From contig JAFVEF010000047.1 of assembly GCA_017478105.1 (NCBI GenBank), positions 27,204 to 91,203 on the forward strand: a stretch of 64,000 nucleotides of DNA, written 5' to 3'. Both the position numbers and the translations under genes were made by a program. The DNA is from Bacilli bacterium. Its GTDB lineage: Bacteria; Bacillota_I; Bacilli_A; RF39; UBA660. The notes beneath the pieces are model-generated. The model did no database searches and had not been told where the DNA came from. It saw only the letters and a program-made list of their open reading frames with translations. Shown piece by piece: positions 9,288 through 19,759 of this stretch; positions within the stretch are counted from its first letter, which is position 1; every line of letters begins with the position of its first letter.

Positions 9288-11054
9288 TCTAACACTCTTA
9301 ATCATAAAATAAACAAGTAATAATAAACCACATATTATATTTCTATTAAAATCATTATCATAAATAGTAAATGTTTCAGGATTAATATATGCTTTATCAA
9401 TATAAGTTACTTTAATAAAAACATCTTTATCAATCATTTTAAATGAATAATAATCTCCATCTTTAGTATATTCAATATCTAATTTATTATCATCTTCATC
9501 AAAGAATTCAATTTTTAATACATCTTTACCATCTACTTGTTTTACTTTAAACTTAACATCTTCAGAAGTAAAGTAATAATCTAAAAGATCTAAACATTCA
9601 TCTCCACTAACAATATATTTAGGAAGTTCTAAAAATTCTACTTCAACTAAAACATTCTCTCCAGGCATAGTAAATGTATATAAATCATTTTCTAATGTAG
9701 GAGTAATTGCTAACTCATCACCATTATTATTTAAAAGTTTAATAGATTTAACACTAAATCCTCTATCCGGTTTTACTCTAAAACTAGCTATTTGATCTTC
9801 TTCAATAGAATTAACATCTATCTCTACATGAGAATCATTAGATGTTACGTCATAGAAATCTTTAATAACTCTATAATTAGTTTCAACGTAAACATCATAT
9901 AAAGGCATACTAAATTGATATTTTGTATCACTAATTTTAGTTAAAGGAATATCAACCTCTTCATGATTTGAATTATATAACTTAAATTCAGTAAACATAT
10001 AACCATCACGATCTTTAGCACTTATTTCAACAGTATCCCCTACTTCACTTTCTAAAACATTACTAGAAGAATAAGAATCATTATTAATCATATATTGTTT
10101 TTCAACTTCAATTATATAAGGATTGTTTCTACTTCCATCACCAAAATAATAATTAGCTGTATTTCTTAATGCAACCATTGGTCTAATACCAGCATTATAA
10201 GTAAATGTATACATATTTAACATACCCTTAGAATTAGGATACATATTTTTAGTAAGGGTATAAGGTGTCATAGACCAATAAGAATAAGAAATATTAACAA
10301 AAACACTAGTTTGTGTCTTTTTCAAAACTTCTCCAGCATATGTAACTTCATCAGCATTAATAATTCCAGTTGGATAAGTTAATTTACCATTTCCAAATGC
10401 CTTATTAACAGTATAACTATCACTATCTTCACAACTTAAATCAGGATGTCCTTCTTCAAGTCTAGTTCTAGCAATAAAATTATTTTCAGCATCCATCCTT
10501 CTATCATTACACCATACCGTATCTTCTAATTCACGAGTATAATCAGTCATATTATCTTTGTACCAATTATCTAGATATGTCTTCGCAACACTATCTTTTT
10601 CAACATCATCTTCTAAATAAGTCCATCCATACTTAGGACTAGAATTAGTATCATTATATTGACTCTTACCGATTGCTAGAGCCTCTTTTTCATTACTACA
10701 AGAATTATTATCCCATACACCAGCGTATAATAATTTAATACCACCAGTTTTAGTTGTACGAATAATTCTCCAACAAAATCCTGCATAAACGACATGATTA
10801 TTATCAATATCTCCTCTAAAATAAAGAATAGGGAACTTATCACTAGCACTACTACCAATCTTATATAAACCCTTACCATTAGTATCACTAGATGTTTCTA
10901 AAAAATCAATTCCCGTATCAGACGCTACAAACTCACTAGCTTTATTATCTAAAACGGAATTAGAGTTCAAAGTATCATATAAATTCTTAGCATAAACATT
11001 ATTAATCCAAAAAAAAGAAAATACTCCAAATAATAATAAATAAATCTTCTTCAT
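9270..11054 (-). CDS. exported Cys/Tyr-rich surface protein, short paralog of the large family (shared CW.IIRTT.TGG core and G.RP...L module), C-terminal TM anchor
   Basis: Signal peptide MKKIYLLLFGVFSFFWINNVYA. Core FCWRIIRTTKTGGIKLLYAG, VWCNDRR, YWSMTPY, GIRPMVALRN. Then Ig-like repeats and a C-terminal hydrophobic helix plus KSVRKKLEN. Confidence 0.6.
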   Translation of the reverse strand: MKKIYLLLFGVFSFFWINNVYAKNLYDTLNSNSVLDNKASEFVASDTGIDFLETSSDTNGKGLYKIGSSASDKFPILYFRGDIDNNHVVYAGFCWRIIRTTKTGGIKLLYAGVWDNNSCSNEKEALAIGKSQYNDTNSSPKYGWTYLEDDVEKDSVAKTYLDNWYKDNMTDYTRELEDTVWCNDRRMDAENNFIARTRLEEGHPDLSCEDSDSYTVNKAFGNGKLTYPTGIINADEVTYAGEVLKKTQTSVFVNISYSYWSMTPYTLTKNMYPNSKGMLNMYTFTYNAGIRPMVALRNTANYYFGDGSRNNPYIIEVEKQYMINNDSYSSSNVLESEVGDTVEISAKDRDGYMFTEFKLYNSNHEEVDIPLTKISDTKYQFSMPLYDVYVETNYRVIKDFYDVTSNDSHVEIDVNSIEEDQIASFRVKPDRGFSVKSIKLLNNNGDELAITPTLENDLYTFTMPGENVLVEVEFLELPKYIVSGDECLDLLDYYFTSEDVKFKVKQVDGKDVLKIEFFDEDDNKLDIEYTKDGDYYSFKMIDKDVFIKVTYIDKAYINPETFTIYDNDFNRNIICGLLLLVYFMIKSVRKKLEN

Positions 11055-11149
11055 AAAACACCCTCCAGTAATATTATTACCCTATTATTATGTTTTATCC
11101 AATATTATTTACCCTATATAAATATATACCAAATATAAAAATAAGTCAA

Positions 11150-11176
11150 ACTAAAAACAGACTAAAAAGTCTGTTT
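11150..11176 (-). terminator. intrinsic terminator after methylthiotransferase gene
   Basis: aaacagact-aaaa-agtctgttt GC-containing hairpin overlapping the stop. Confidence 0.5.
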
Positions 11177-12446
11177 ATTCTGCTATACAAAAAGGATATT
11201 CTAAAGAATTAATTCTACATTTAACAATACTATTATGAGGATATTCTCCCTTTATTTTAACGTGTAAATAATTCCCAGTATGTCCAATACTATAACCATC
11301 TTTATATTCTTCTACAAGTACTGATACTTCTCTACCAATAAACTTTTTCATATAATTAATTTCTAATTCACAAGATACTTCAACCAACTCTCTAGATCTT
11401 TGTTTTTTAGTAGCTTGATCAATCTTATTATCCATTCTAGAAGATGCAGTACCACGTCTTTCACTATAAGGAAAAACATGTAATTTAGAAAACTCTAACT
11501 TGCGACAAGTATCAATAGTTTTTAAAAATAATTCATTACTTTCTCCAGGAAATCCTACTATAACATCAGTACTAATCGCAATTTCTGGTCTAATACTTCT
11601 AATTTCTTCTATCTTTTTAAAGAAATAATCTAAATCATATTTTCTATTCATTGCTTTTAATATTTCATCACTACCAGCTTGTATAGGTATATGTAAATGA
11701 TCAACAAGTACATTAGAATTTCTTAATACATCTAAAACATCACTATTTAATTCAGTTGCTTCAATTGATGATATTCTAAGTCTTTCAAGTCCTTCAATTT
11801 TAACAAGTTCTCTTAATAAATCCGCAAAACTATAGTCTAAATCAACACCATAACTACCAGTATGAATACCAGTTAAAACAACCTCTTTATACCCATTTTT
11901 AACTAGATCTTTAACTTCCTTTATAACCTCATTAAAATCCTTACTACGACACTTACCCCTAACAAAAGGTATAATACAGTAACTACAAAAGTTATCACAA
12001 CCATCTTGTATCTTAACAAAAGCCCTAGTTCTACCTGGGAAAGTATCTATGTACATATCTTCAAATTGCTTTATACGTCCTGTATATTCCAACTTCATTA
12101 CATCTTTATTTTTAAAATACTCATCAAGTAATTCAACTATTCTACTTTTATCTTTATTACCTATCATGATATCTAAACCATCCTCATGATAATCAAAATT
12201 AGCTGCGATAAAACAACCCATCGCCACAACACAAGCATTAGGATTTTTCTTAATAGCTTGTCTAATCATTTTACGAGATTTACTATCACTATTATTAGTA
12301 ACCGTACAAGTATTAATTATATAAACGTCACAGATATCATCAAAATCCTTAATAACATATCCATTTTCTTTTAATTTATTAATTACAAATTCACTCTCAT
12401 AAGTATTAACTTTACAACCCAAAGTCATTACTCCAACACTTCTCAT
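11175..12446 (-). CDS. radical-SAM methylthiotransferase, MiaB/RimO/MtaB family (MtaB-like)
   Basis: MTTase N-domain (TLGCKVNTYESE), radical-SAM CDNFCSYC cluster, and TRAM-like C-terminus. Start trimmed to the MRSVGVMTLGC.. Met. Confidence 0.8.
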   Translation of the reverse strand: MRSVGVMTLGCKVNTYESEFVINKLKENGYVIKDFDDICDVYIINTCTVTNNSDSKSRKMIRQAIKKNPNACVVAMGCFIAANFDYHEDGLDIMIGNKDKSRIVELLDEYFKNKDVMKLEYTGRIKQFEDMYIDTFPGRTRAFVKIQDGCDNFCSYCIIPFVRGKCRSKDFNEVIKEVKDLVKNGYKEVVLTGIHTGSYGVDLDYSFADLLRELVKIEGLERLRISSIEATELNSDVLDVLRNSNVLVDHLHIPIQAGSDEILKAMNRKYDLDYFFKKIEEIRSIRPEIAISTDVIVGFPGESNELFLKTIDTCRKLEFSKLHVFPYSERRGTASSRMDNKIDQATKKQRSRELVEVSCELEINYMKKFIGREVSVLVEEYKDGYSIGHTGNYLHVKIKGEYPHNSIVKCRINSLEYPFCIAE

Positions 12447-12453
12447 TTTATCA

Positions 12454-13122
12454 CTATCTCTCTTTATATTTTTGATACCAATCATTTAAATACTCTTTAC
12501 CAGATTCATAGTATTCCTTAGCTTTTTCTTTACCTGAATCTATATATGGTTTATAAGTATCATAAACTTCTTTCATATCGTTAATTCCTTCATTAAAACT
12601 TTCTACTTCTTCATTATAATCTTCTTCACCAGTATAATCTTTATATTTATTTAAAATACTATTTTTTAAATCAATAACCATATCTTTAATATCTAAAGCT
12701 CCTTCTTTTAAATCTTCTTTATAATTAGGAACTTTATCTTCTATTTTAGAATCAATCTTAGTATAAATATCTAATATTTTTTCTTTAATATCATCTTTTA
12801 ATTCAGAAAAAGTTTTTCCTTTAATTTCTCCTCCATAAAAGATAAAATCAGTTAAAGTAATAAATGTATTTCTAAGTAAATGTTCATCTTTTTCACTAAC
12901 TTCTTTCTTAGAAACAATATCATTTACTTTAGAATAAGTATTATCAATATAATCAACTAATTCACTATCACTAGATACTTTCTTATTATCAATTAAACTT
13001 TCTTTTCTAACAACTTCAATAGCCTCAGTTTCTTTTGATTTTTCATTATCACTACCAAAATTAATAGTTATAGAACAACCACATAATAATAAACATAAAA
13101 CTATTATTAAATACTTCTTCAT
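12454..13122 (-). CDS. lipoprotein, hypothetical
   Basis: Signal peptide with lipobox LLLCGC. Lys/Glu-rich helical mature part. GAGGTGG RBS. Confidence 0.6.
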   Translation of the reverse strand: MKKYLIIVLCLLLCGCSITINFGSDNEKSKETEAIEVVRKESLIDNKKVSSDSELVDYIDNTYSKVNDIVSKKEVSEKDEHLLRNTFITLTDFIFYGGEIKGKTFSELKDDIKEKILDIYTKIDSKIEDKVPNYKEDLKEGALDIKDMVIDLKNSILNKYKDYTGEEDYNEEVESFNEGINDMKEVYDTYKPYIDSGKEKAKEYYESGKEYLNDWYQKYKER

Positions 13123-13152
13123 AATACCACCTCAATCGAGCAAAATTATATC

Positions 13153-13185
13153 ATAAAAAGAAAAAGAAGTAAATTATTTACTTCT
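13153..13185 (-). terminator. intrinsic terminator after 1122-aa surface protein gene
   Basis: agaagtaaa-tta-tttacttct hairpin at the stop, then T-run. Nearly the same hairpin terminates the paralog at 57350. Confidence 0.6.
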
Positions 13186-16100
13186 AATCTCCACTAGTAT
13201 CAACTACATATGGATCTGCCATAGACCCTGTTCCAGATAAATATTTAATACCCGGTTTTAGAGAGATTGCTGGACGGACGCCCATCGAACTGAAAACGTA
13301 GCTATTGCCACCTATGCTACCAGTGGTGTTAACCTTCCATACGTCAGCGTCGCCGTAGTCAAAATAGTAAGGTGAAACAAACCAGTAACTTTGTCCCGTT
13401 TTTCGAGCATTACTATTATTTAAAAGGTTCATATCGCGATAAGACATTAAACCAACTTTATATGTTAATTTTGCTTTATTATTACTTACACTAAATTTGT
13501 CTGTATCATTTGTGCAACTTAAACCACTTGCCCCATAAAAATACATATATGTCGTAGTATTTCCTCCGTTTGGATTCCATCCATTTACATCAGCACTACT
13601 TTGACTTCTATCATTACAATATATTGTATCTTCTATATAGTCATCATAATTTTTTAATAAATATTGCTTATACCATGCATCTATTCCACTTTTTATCGTT
13701 GAATTGGTTGTGTTTACGTTATCACCATATAACATTTCATGTTTGGCATCTTCTATACTTTTACCATTACTAATATTTATATAGTATGGCGTTGTTTCAC
13801 TTATGTAATAAATATAAGATATGGTTGTACATTCACCCGTTTCATTCCAACATGTATAATGTGCATTGTTTATACTTGTTTTATTAGTACTATCATTGAT
13901 ATTCCAGAAACTTATAGATGTATCGTTATCTAACACATACTTACTTCCATCCCAAGTAAATCCTTTTGCATATTTATAATTATTTGCTACCTCAATATAA
14001 TTTACTGCCGAATTTGAAGTTTCAGTTATATACCATAAATCACTACATGTATCATTTACAGCATTCTTACATACATATTTATTTTTTACATTACTATAAC
14101 TTGTATACCAATCTTTTCTTTCTATTGTTGTTGGGTTATTTATTGTATAAGTACCATCTCCATTATCAATATAACTATCTCCGTATATATAAGTATAATT
14201 GAAGTCAGATAAAGTATGGTTTCCACTATTAGTTAATTGAATATAGTAATAAGTACTATTATTTACTGCTGCAATGTATTGAACAGAACTATTAGTATTA
14301 GTTTGATCAGTATTTCTAAATGTATATTTTCCAACTAAGTTAGGATAATCTGTTGTCGCAGATACTTGATATGGATTATCTAAGTTATATCTATTTGCTA
14401 CTGGGTTTCCCCAAGTTACAGAATCGCCATACCAGTAAGTTGTTCGAAGCGACGAACGTGATAACATAGTTTCACCTGAAATCATTGTTTTAGTATAATG
14501 TGGATAAACTGTATTATACATATATCCTACATAAGCTGGTGAATTAGACTTTGGATTAAATTGTAGTGTTCCAAATTGTGAATAATTTGAACTAGAATTC
14601 AATGGTATTACATAAGCATTTGATGTATTATAATATGATTCTACTAAATATAGAGTTGTACAGGTTCCATCAACACTTGTATTTTTACAAGTATATTTTC
14701 CAATTAATGTTGGACCTGTTGTATCATTCCATGTAGTTTGTTCTGTTGTACCACTAACTTTAAATGTTTTATTAGTACTATCATAAGTATAATCTGTTCC
14801 ATACCAATAATTAGATGCAAGATTCTGAATTGTACTTGATGCATATCCTACATGTGTTTCTCTGGTGTTAAGACACTGATTGTTTTCTACTTCTCCATTA
14901 TAAATCATCTTCACTCCGCCGGTATCTGTTGTTCTAATCATTTGCCAACATTGCCCCGCAAATATAACATTATTCTTATCAAGTACTTGATTTCCTTCTG
15001 AATCATTTTTTGCATACCAATGATATATATCTTTAGATGGTTCCTCTGTAAATGAATCATGGTGGTTTTCTGTATACTTACGAGCTAATCCACCATTTTC
15101 AGTTTCTTCTTTTAAAACGTTATATAGCTTAGGAACTTCATAAATTGTTCCATCCATAGTTTTAGTAATACCTTGTTTGGTCCAAGTACCTCTAATATTT
15201 ATATCATAATTAGGCATTACGAATACTTGATCATTTATATAATTAACATCCTCATCTACTTCATATCCTTTAAATAAATAACCATTACAAGATAATTCAT
15301 CACTTTTTTTAGTGACATTACTATATGCCTTATAATTCTCACTTGTAAAATTTGTAATAGAACAACCACTTGGAGCATTAGCAAAATAATTAACTGTATA
15401 ACTATCTTTCAATACTGGAGTATCTGTTGTAGAAGAAGTAGCTTCAGTTTCATCTTCTATTTTAGAAGTACTTGTTAGTGATGAATTTAGTGGATAATAA
15501 TCACTAGAAACACCATTCTTTAATGAAACAACAATATTCAAAGTTTCACTACTTCCTGTTACAAGTCCTGATAAATTCCAACTAACTTTATTACTTTCTA
15601 AATTAACTTCACCGTTAGATGTACTAATATCATTTATAGTATCAACTTGAAAATAAGAATTGTTTATAAAATCATTAATAATAAGATTTTCATATGTTTT
15701 TGGATTTAAAGCTGCATTAAACAAAACATTATCTAAAGAATCCATAGTACTAATTAATTGTCTATCACTAACTCTAACAATTTCATCTTTTAAAGTACTA
15801 CCCATCTCATATTGAATACCAACAATTTCTAAATAAGAATACTTGTCTTTTAAAATAGCATAAGTTCCAACTTCCGCCGGAGTATCTTCTCCAGGACAAC
15901 CATCAGTTAAAAATAAAGCCACTAAATCAGTATTTTCCCTCTCACCGTAAGAAGAAAGTAATGAATCTAATTGTAGTAAACCAGAATTATAATTAGTACC
16001 ACCTGTCGTAGTAATACCATCAATTATATTTATAATATCAGTAGAATTATTACTAAACTCAGATAATAAAGTTGCCATACTATTAAAACTAATAATACTA

Positions 16101-16552
16101 ACTCTATTATTAGAATCAGATAATAATGAAGATACTAGTTCCCTTGAATCATTTTTTACTTGATCTAATTTTTCTCCATTCATAGATCCAGAATTATCAA
16201 TAATTAAAATTATATCTTTTTTATGATTACTAGAACTCTTAACTTTAGTTTTTAAATCTAAAGTTATTTCAGCCTTATTAGCACCTATCCATTTAGCAGA
16301 CTTATCTATTTTAAATCCACCTGGAGTAGAATAATTACCATTTAAAGTAACACTTTTAACTTCTTCAGTATAAACACCTGCGAAAGCAAGTATTTTCTTA
16401 TATGATTTTTTTAATATACCTTTAGGCATAAAAATAGATATACTAATTAATAATATAATTAAAGAAGTAATAAATAATCTCTTTTTAGATGAACTAATAA
16501 TATTAACTAATTTGCCTCTTTTAAAGAATGTTTTAATTCTATGTTTTAACAC
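13184..16552 (-). CDS. large exported surface protein: N-terminal von Willebrand factor A domain + conserved paralog-family core and C-terminal YW.SP...GVRPAISL module
   Basis: VWA MIDAS context DNSGSM...T(G)GTNY...TDG. Core LYNVLKEETENGGLARKYT...CWQMIRTTDTGGVKMIYNGE shared with the 711- and 762-aa paralogs. GTG start 7 nt after TAGGTGA. Confidence 0.75.
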   Translation of the reverse strand: MLKHRIKTFFKRGKLVNIISSSKKRLFITSLIILLISISIFMPKGILKKSYKKILAFAGVYTEEVKSVTLNGNYSTPGGFKIDKSAKWIGANKAEITLDLKTKVKSSSNHKKDIILIIDNSGSMNGEKLDQVKNDSRELVSSLLSDSNNRVSIISFNSMATLLSEFSNNSTDIINIIDGITTTGGTNYNSGLLQLDSLLSSYGERENTDLVALFLTDGCPGEDTPAEVGTYAILKDKYSYLEIVGIQYEMGSTLKDEIVRVSDRQLISTMDSLDNVLFNAALNPKTYENLIINDFINNSYFQVDTINDISTSNGEVNLESNKVSWNLSGLVTGSSETLNIVVSLKNGVSSDYYPLNSSLTSTSKIEDETEATSSTTDTPVLKDSYTVNYFANAPSGCSITNFTSENYKAYSNVTKKSDELSCNGYLFKGYEVDEDVNYINDQVFVMPNYDINIRGTWTKQGITKTMDGTIYEVPKLYNVLKEETENGGLARKYTENHHDSFTEEPSKDIYHWYAKNDSEGNQVLDKNNVIFAGQCWQMIRTTDTGGVKMIYNGEVENNQCLNTRETHVGYASSTIQNLASNYWYGTDYTYDSTNKTFKVSGTTEQTTWNDTTGPTLIGKYTCKNTSVDGTCTTLYLVESYYNTSNAYVIPLNSSSNYSQFGTLQFNPKSNSPAYVGYMYNTVYPHYTKTMISGETMLSRSSLRTTYWYGDSVTWGNPVANRYNLDNPYQVSATTDYPNLVGKYTFRNTDQTNTNSSVQYIAAVNNSTYYYIQLTNSGNHTLSDFNYTYIYGDSYIDNGDGTYTINNPTTIERKDWYTSYSNVKNKYVCKNAVNDTCSDLWYITETSNSAVNYIEVANNYKYAKGFTWDGSKYVLDNDTSISFWNINDSTNKTSINNAHYTCWNETGECTTISYIYYISETTPYYINISNGKSIEDAKHEMLYGDNVNTTNSTIKSGIDAWYKQYLLKNYDDYIEDTIYCNDRSQSSADVNGWNPNGGNTTTYMYFYGASGLSCTNDTDKFSVSNNKAKLTYKVGLMSYRDMNLLNNSNARKTGQSYWFVSPYYFDYGDADVWKVNTTGSIGGNSYVFSSMGVRPAISLKPGIKYLSGTGSMADPYVVDTSGD

Positions 16553-16605
16553 TATTAATCACCTACCTTACTATATAAAATTTTATCACAAATAAATAAC
16601 TCATT

Positions 16606-16633
16606 CAATAAAAAAAGAACCATTTAGTTCTTT
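16606..16633 (-). terminator. putative intrinsic terminator
   Basis: aaagaac-cattta-gttcttt hairpin over the stop codon. Weak T-run. Confidence 0.35.
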
Positions 16634-17553
16634 AATTTATCTTGTAAATCTTTTAAAGACATAATAAACTCATTAGATTTATTTATCTCTTTATCAAACT
16701 TATCATAATTAGCAGTATTTTCAAGTTCTAACTCTCTTTTATCTATACCATATATAGGAGATATAAAAGGAGTATTTTTAAATCTCTTAATATTATTATC
16801 TTTAACAGTATTAAAATCATCCATTACCATTACTTCAGAAACATTTTCAATTAACTCTTCTTTAGGTACAACATTCTCGATGATAAATGGCTCATCATAA
16901 TGAGTTATAACCCCACCTGCTTGAGTAGCTAACTCTTCTAAACTAATTGGCGCAGTATCATCATCTATATATTGAGTTTTCTCATTACTATCATATAAAC
17001 TCTTACCCTTTTCAAGTAACTCATCTAAACTAATAATTGCATCTTCTTCCTGTTTCTCTTCAAAAGAATTAATAGTATCACTATAATTTTCTTCTTCGAT
17101 AACAATCTCTTCTTTATATTCTTCTTGTTCTTTTTCTCTTTCTTGTTGTTCTAATGCTTCTCTGATCTTTTTTAATTCAAGTCTAGCAGTCTCACGATCA
17201 GGTTCAATAGTTGTATAAAGTAACTCTTCTTCCTCTTTTTTAGGCTCATTCGTTTCAATCTTAATATCTAACTCTCGAGTATTATCAAGCATCTCACTAA
17301 CGGCACTATCACCAGTCTTAATTTCTAATACTGGTTCTTCATAATACTCTTCTGTATTATCTTCTTCTATTTTAGCTTTTGCTTTTACTTTCTTAACTAA
17401 CTTATTTAACTCACGAGTATTATGTCTTCTTTTTCTAAAAACACTACCCTTTTCTACCAAATAAATAATTAAAGACAAAAAACAAGCTAAAAATAATATT
17501 ATATAAATAATTATTACCTCTTTTGACGTTAAAAACATTATTAAATCACTCAT
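16624..17553 (-). CDS. membrane-anchored acidic coiled-coil protein, hypothetical
   Basis: Single N-terminal TM helix followed by an extremely E/K-rich helical region. Start set at MSDLIMF, 6 nt after AGAGGTG. Confidence 0.5.
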   Translation of the reverse strand: MSDLIMFLTSKEVIIIYIILFLACFLSLIIYLVEKGSVFRKRRHNTRELNKLVKKVKAKAKIEEDNTEEYYEEPVLEIKTGDSAVSEMLDNTRELDIKIETNEPKKEEEELLYTTIEPDRETARLELKKIREALEQQEREKEQEEYKEEIVIEEENYSDTINSFEEKQEEDAIISLDELLEKGKSLYDSNEKTQYIDDDTAPISLEELATQAGGVITHYDEPFIIENVVPKEELIENVSEVMVMDDFNTVKDNNIKRFKNTPFISPIYGIDKRELELENTANYDKFDKEINKSNEFIMSLKDLQDKLKN

Positions 17554-17767
17554 TTGGTACACCTCTACTTTAAGTTTATCACAAAAATAAAATCTATAAA
17601 GTACAAATAAATAATTACTTTATAAATTTACATTTATATTTACACTAATAAAACACTTGTTTGACACGATGTAGACATCTTTAAGAAAATAACTCTAAAC
17701 ATATAAATCATAACACAAATAATAATAGAATGATATATTTTTTTTGCTTTTTTCATAAATTTTTAAT

Positions 17768-19051
17768 ATGAAAGAAAAACTATTTAAAACAACAATTATA
17801 TTACTAATAGGAGGCTTACTTACAAAACTATTAGGTATGCTTATAAAAATATCTCTCGCAAGAACAATATCTCCTAAAGCATTAGGTCTATATATGATGA
17901 TTCTTCCTACATTTAATTTAGTAATTCAACTAAGTCAATTATCTCTACCTCTAGCTATATCTAAAATAGTATCTGAAGGTGATAAAAATTCTAAGAAATT
18001 ATATTTTTCAGTAATACCAATACTTATAATTACAAATATTTTAGTAATTGGAATAATACTAATATTTGGAAGATTAATCTCAATAAATCTACTCCATGAA
18101 GAAAAACTAATACCAGCAATATATTCTTTATCGGCAGTAATACCTTTTATCACAATATCTAGTATATGTAGAAGTTATTTTTTTGCTAAACAAAAAATGA
18201 TACCTCATGTAACATCAAACATAATAGAAAATATAGTAAGATTATTACTTATATTATTAATACTCCCCAAATTAGATTTTTTATCTTTAAAATATAAATT
18301 AGTATTCTTAATATTATCAAATATAATAAGTGAATTAATTTCTACAATTATATTACTAATTAATTTACCTAAAAATATAACTATAAAAAAAGAAGATCTA
18401 ATACCTAATAAAAATTATATAAAAGAAAGTCTATCTTTAAGTATTCCAAATACTACAGATAGATTAGTTGGAAGTATTGCCTATTTCTTAGAACCTATCA
18501 TTTTAACAAAACATTTATTAAAAAATTATTCAAAGTCTTGGATTACACAAGAATATGGTATATTTACAGGTTTTGTAATGCCTCTACTCTTATTACCTTC
18601 TTTCTTTACAATCGCTATTTCTAATGCCCTACTCCCAGAAATATCAAAAGATTATTATAATAAATTATATAAAACTGTAAAAAGAAAAATTAAAACATCA
18701 GTACTAATATCTTTTCTAATAGGATTAATACCTACACTATTCTTTATAATAAAACCAACAATACCTCTAAAATTACTATATAAAACAACTAAAGGAACAA
18801 ACTATATAAGACTCCTTGCTCCAATATGTTTAATAGAATATTTAAATTCTCCTATATCTTCTAGTTTAATAGCTATGGGAAAATCTAAAGAATGTTTAAA
18901 GATTAGTATAATATCCTCTACTCTAAGATTAATTACTCTATCAATATTATCTAACTTTAAAATTGGTTTTATTTCACTAATATTATCTATATCAATAGAT
19001 GTTATTACAGATTTTATTCTAGGAATAAAAGAAATAAATAAACATTTATAA
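17768..19051 (+). CDS. MOP-superfamily flippase (polysaccharide biosynthesis / MurJ-SpoVB-like) membrane protein
   Basis: About 12 predicted TM helices with the typical Wzx/MurJ-like N-terminus; 427 aa. Confidence 0.55.
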   Translation: MKEKLFKTTIILLIGGLLTKLLGMLIKISLARTISPKALGLYMMILPTFNLVIQLSQLSLPLAISKIVSEGDKNSKKLYFSVIPILIITNILVIGIILIFGRLISINLLHEEKLIPAIYSLSAVIPFITISSICRSYFFAKQKMIPHVTSNIIENIVRLLLILLILPKLDFLSLKYKLVFLILSNIISELISTIILLINLPKNITIKKEDLIPNKNYIKESLSLSIPNTTDRLVGSIAYFLEPIILTKHLLKNYSKSWITQEYGIFTGFVMPLLLLPSFFTIAISNALLPEISKDYYNKLYKTVKRKIKTSVLISFLIGLIPTLFFIIKPTIPLKLLYKTTKGTNYIRLLAPICLIEYLNSPISSSLIAMGKSKECLKISIISSTLRLITLSILSNFKIGFISLILSISIDVITDFILGIKEINKHL

Positions 19052-19054
19052 AAT

Positions 19055-19084
19055 TTCACGAAAAATACATAAATATTGTATAAT
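19055..19084 (+). promoter_or_regulatory. sigma-A-like promoter for response regulator/kinase operon
   Basis: Extended -10 TGTATAAT at 19077..19084 with TTCACG-like -35 at 17-bp spacing, then GGAGG RBS. Confidence 0.45.
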
Positions 19085-19102
19085 ATGTAAATGGAGGTCT
19101 AT

Positions 19103-19759
19103 ATGAAAATATTAGTAATAGATGATGAAGAAAAAATAAGAAAAGTAATTAGAGAATATCTAGAAGTAGAAAAATATGAAGTAGATGAAGCCGAAAACGG
19201 AAGTATTGCTTATAATAAAATATTAAATAATAATTATGATTTACTAGTTTTAGATATAATGATGCCTAATATGGATGGCTATACTCTACTAAAAGAATTA
19301 AAGAATAAAATACCTACAATAATATTATCTGCTAGAAGTGATGAATTTGATAAATTACAAGGATTTGATTTAGGAATAGATGATTATTTAACAAAACCAT
19401 TCTCACCAAAAGAATTAATCGCAAGAGTAAAAGCTATTCTAAATAGAACATATAAAAAAGAAGATAAATATACTTATAAAACACTAGAATTAGATTATTT
19501 AGCTCATACTTTAAAAATAGATAAAAAACTAGTAAATATAACTCCAAAAGAATATGATATTTTAACCTATTTAATAAGTAATAAAAATATTGCTATTTCA
19601 AGAGAACAATTATTATCTAAAATATGGGGATATGATTATTTTGGAGATGATAGAACTATTGATACTCATATAAAAATGTTAAGAAATAATCTAGGTAAAT
19701 ATAGAAATAATATAGTTACTGTAAGAAGTTTAGGATATAAATATGTTGAAGAAGAATAA
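19103..19759 (+). CDS. OmpR-family two-component response regulator
   Basis: REC domain (DD..D54-like LVLDIMMP, K) plus winged-helix trans_reg_C C-terminus. Start at MKILVIDDEE, 5 nt after GGAGG. Confidence 0.9.
   Translation: MKILVIDDEEKIRKVIREYLEVEKYEVDEAENGSIAYNKILNNNYDLLVLDIMMPNMDGYTLLKELKNKIPTIILSARSDEFDKLQGFDLGIDDYLTKPFSPKELIARVKAILNRTYKKEDKYTYKTLELDYLAHTLKIDKKLVNITPKEYDILTYLISNKNIAISREQLLSKIWGYDYFGDDRTIDTHIKMLRNNLGKYRNNIVTVRSLGYKYVEEE

Noticed and set aside
17563-17767. Promoter calls in the 205-bp divergent region between the acidic membrane protein gene and the flippase gene
   Set aside because: TTGACA at 17661 has no properly spaced -10, and several TATAAA-like hexamers are expected by chance at this AT content. 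Left unannotated.
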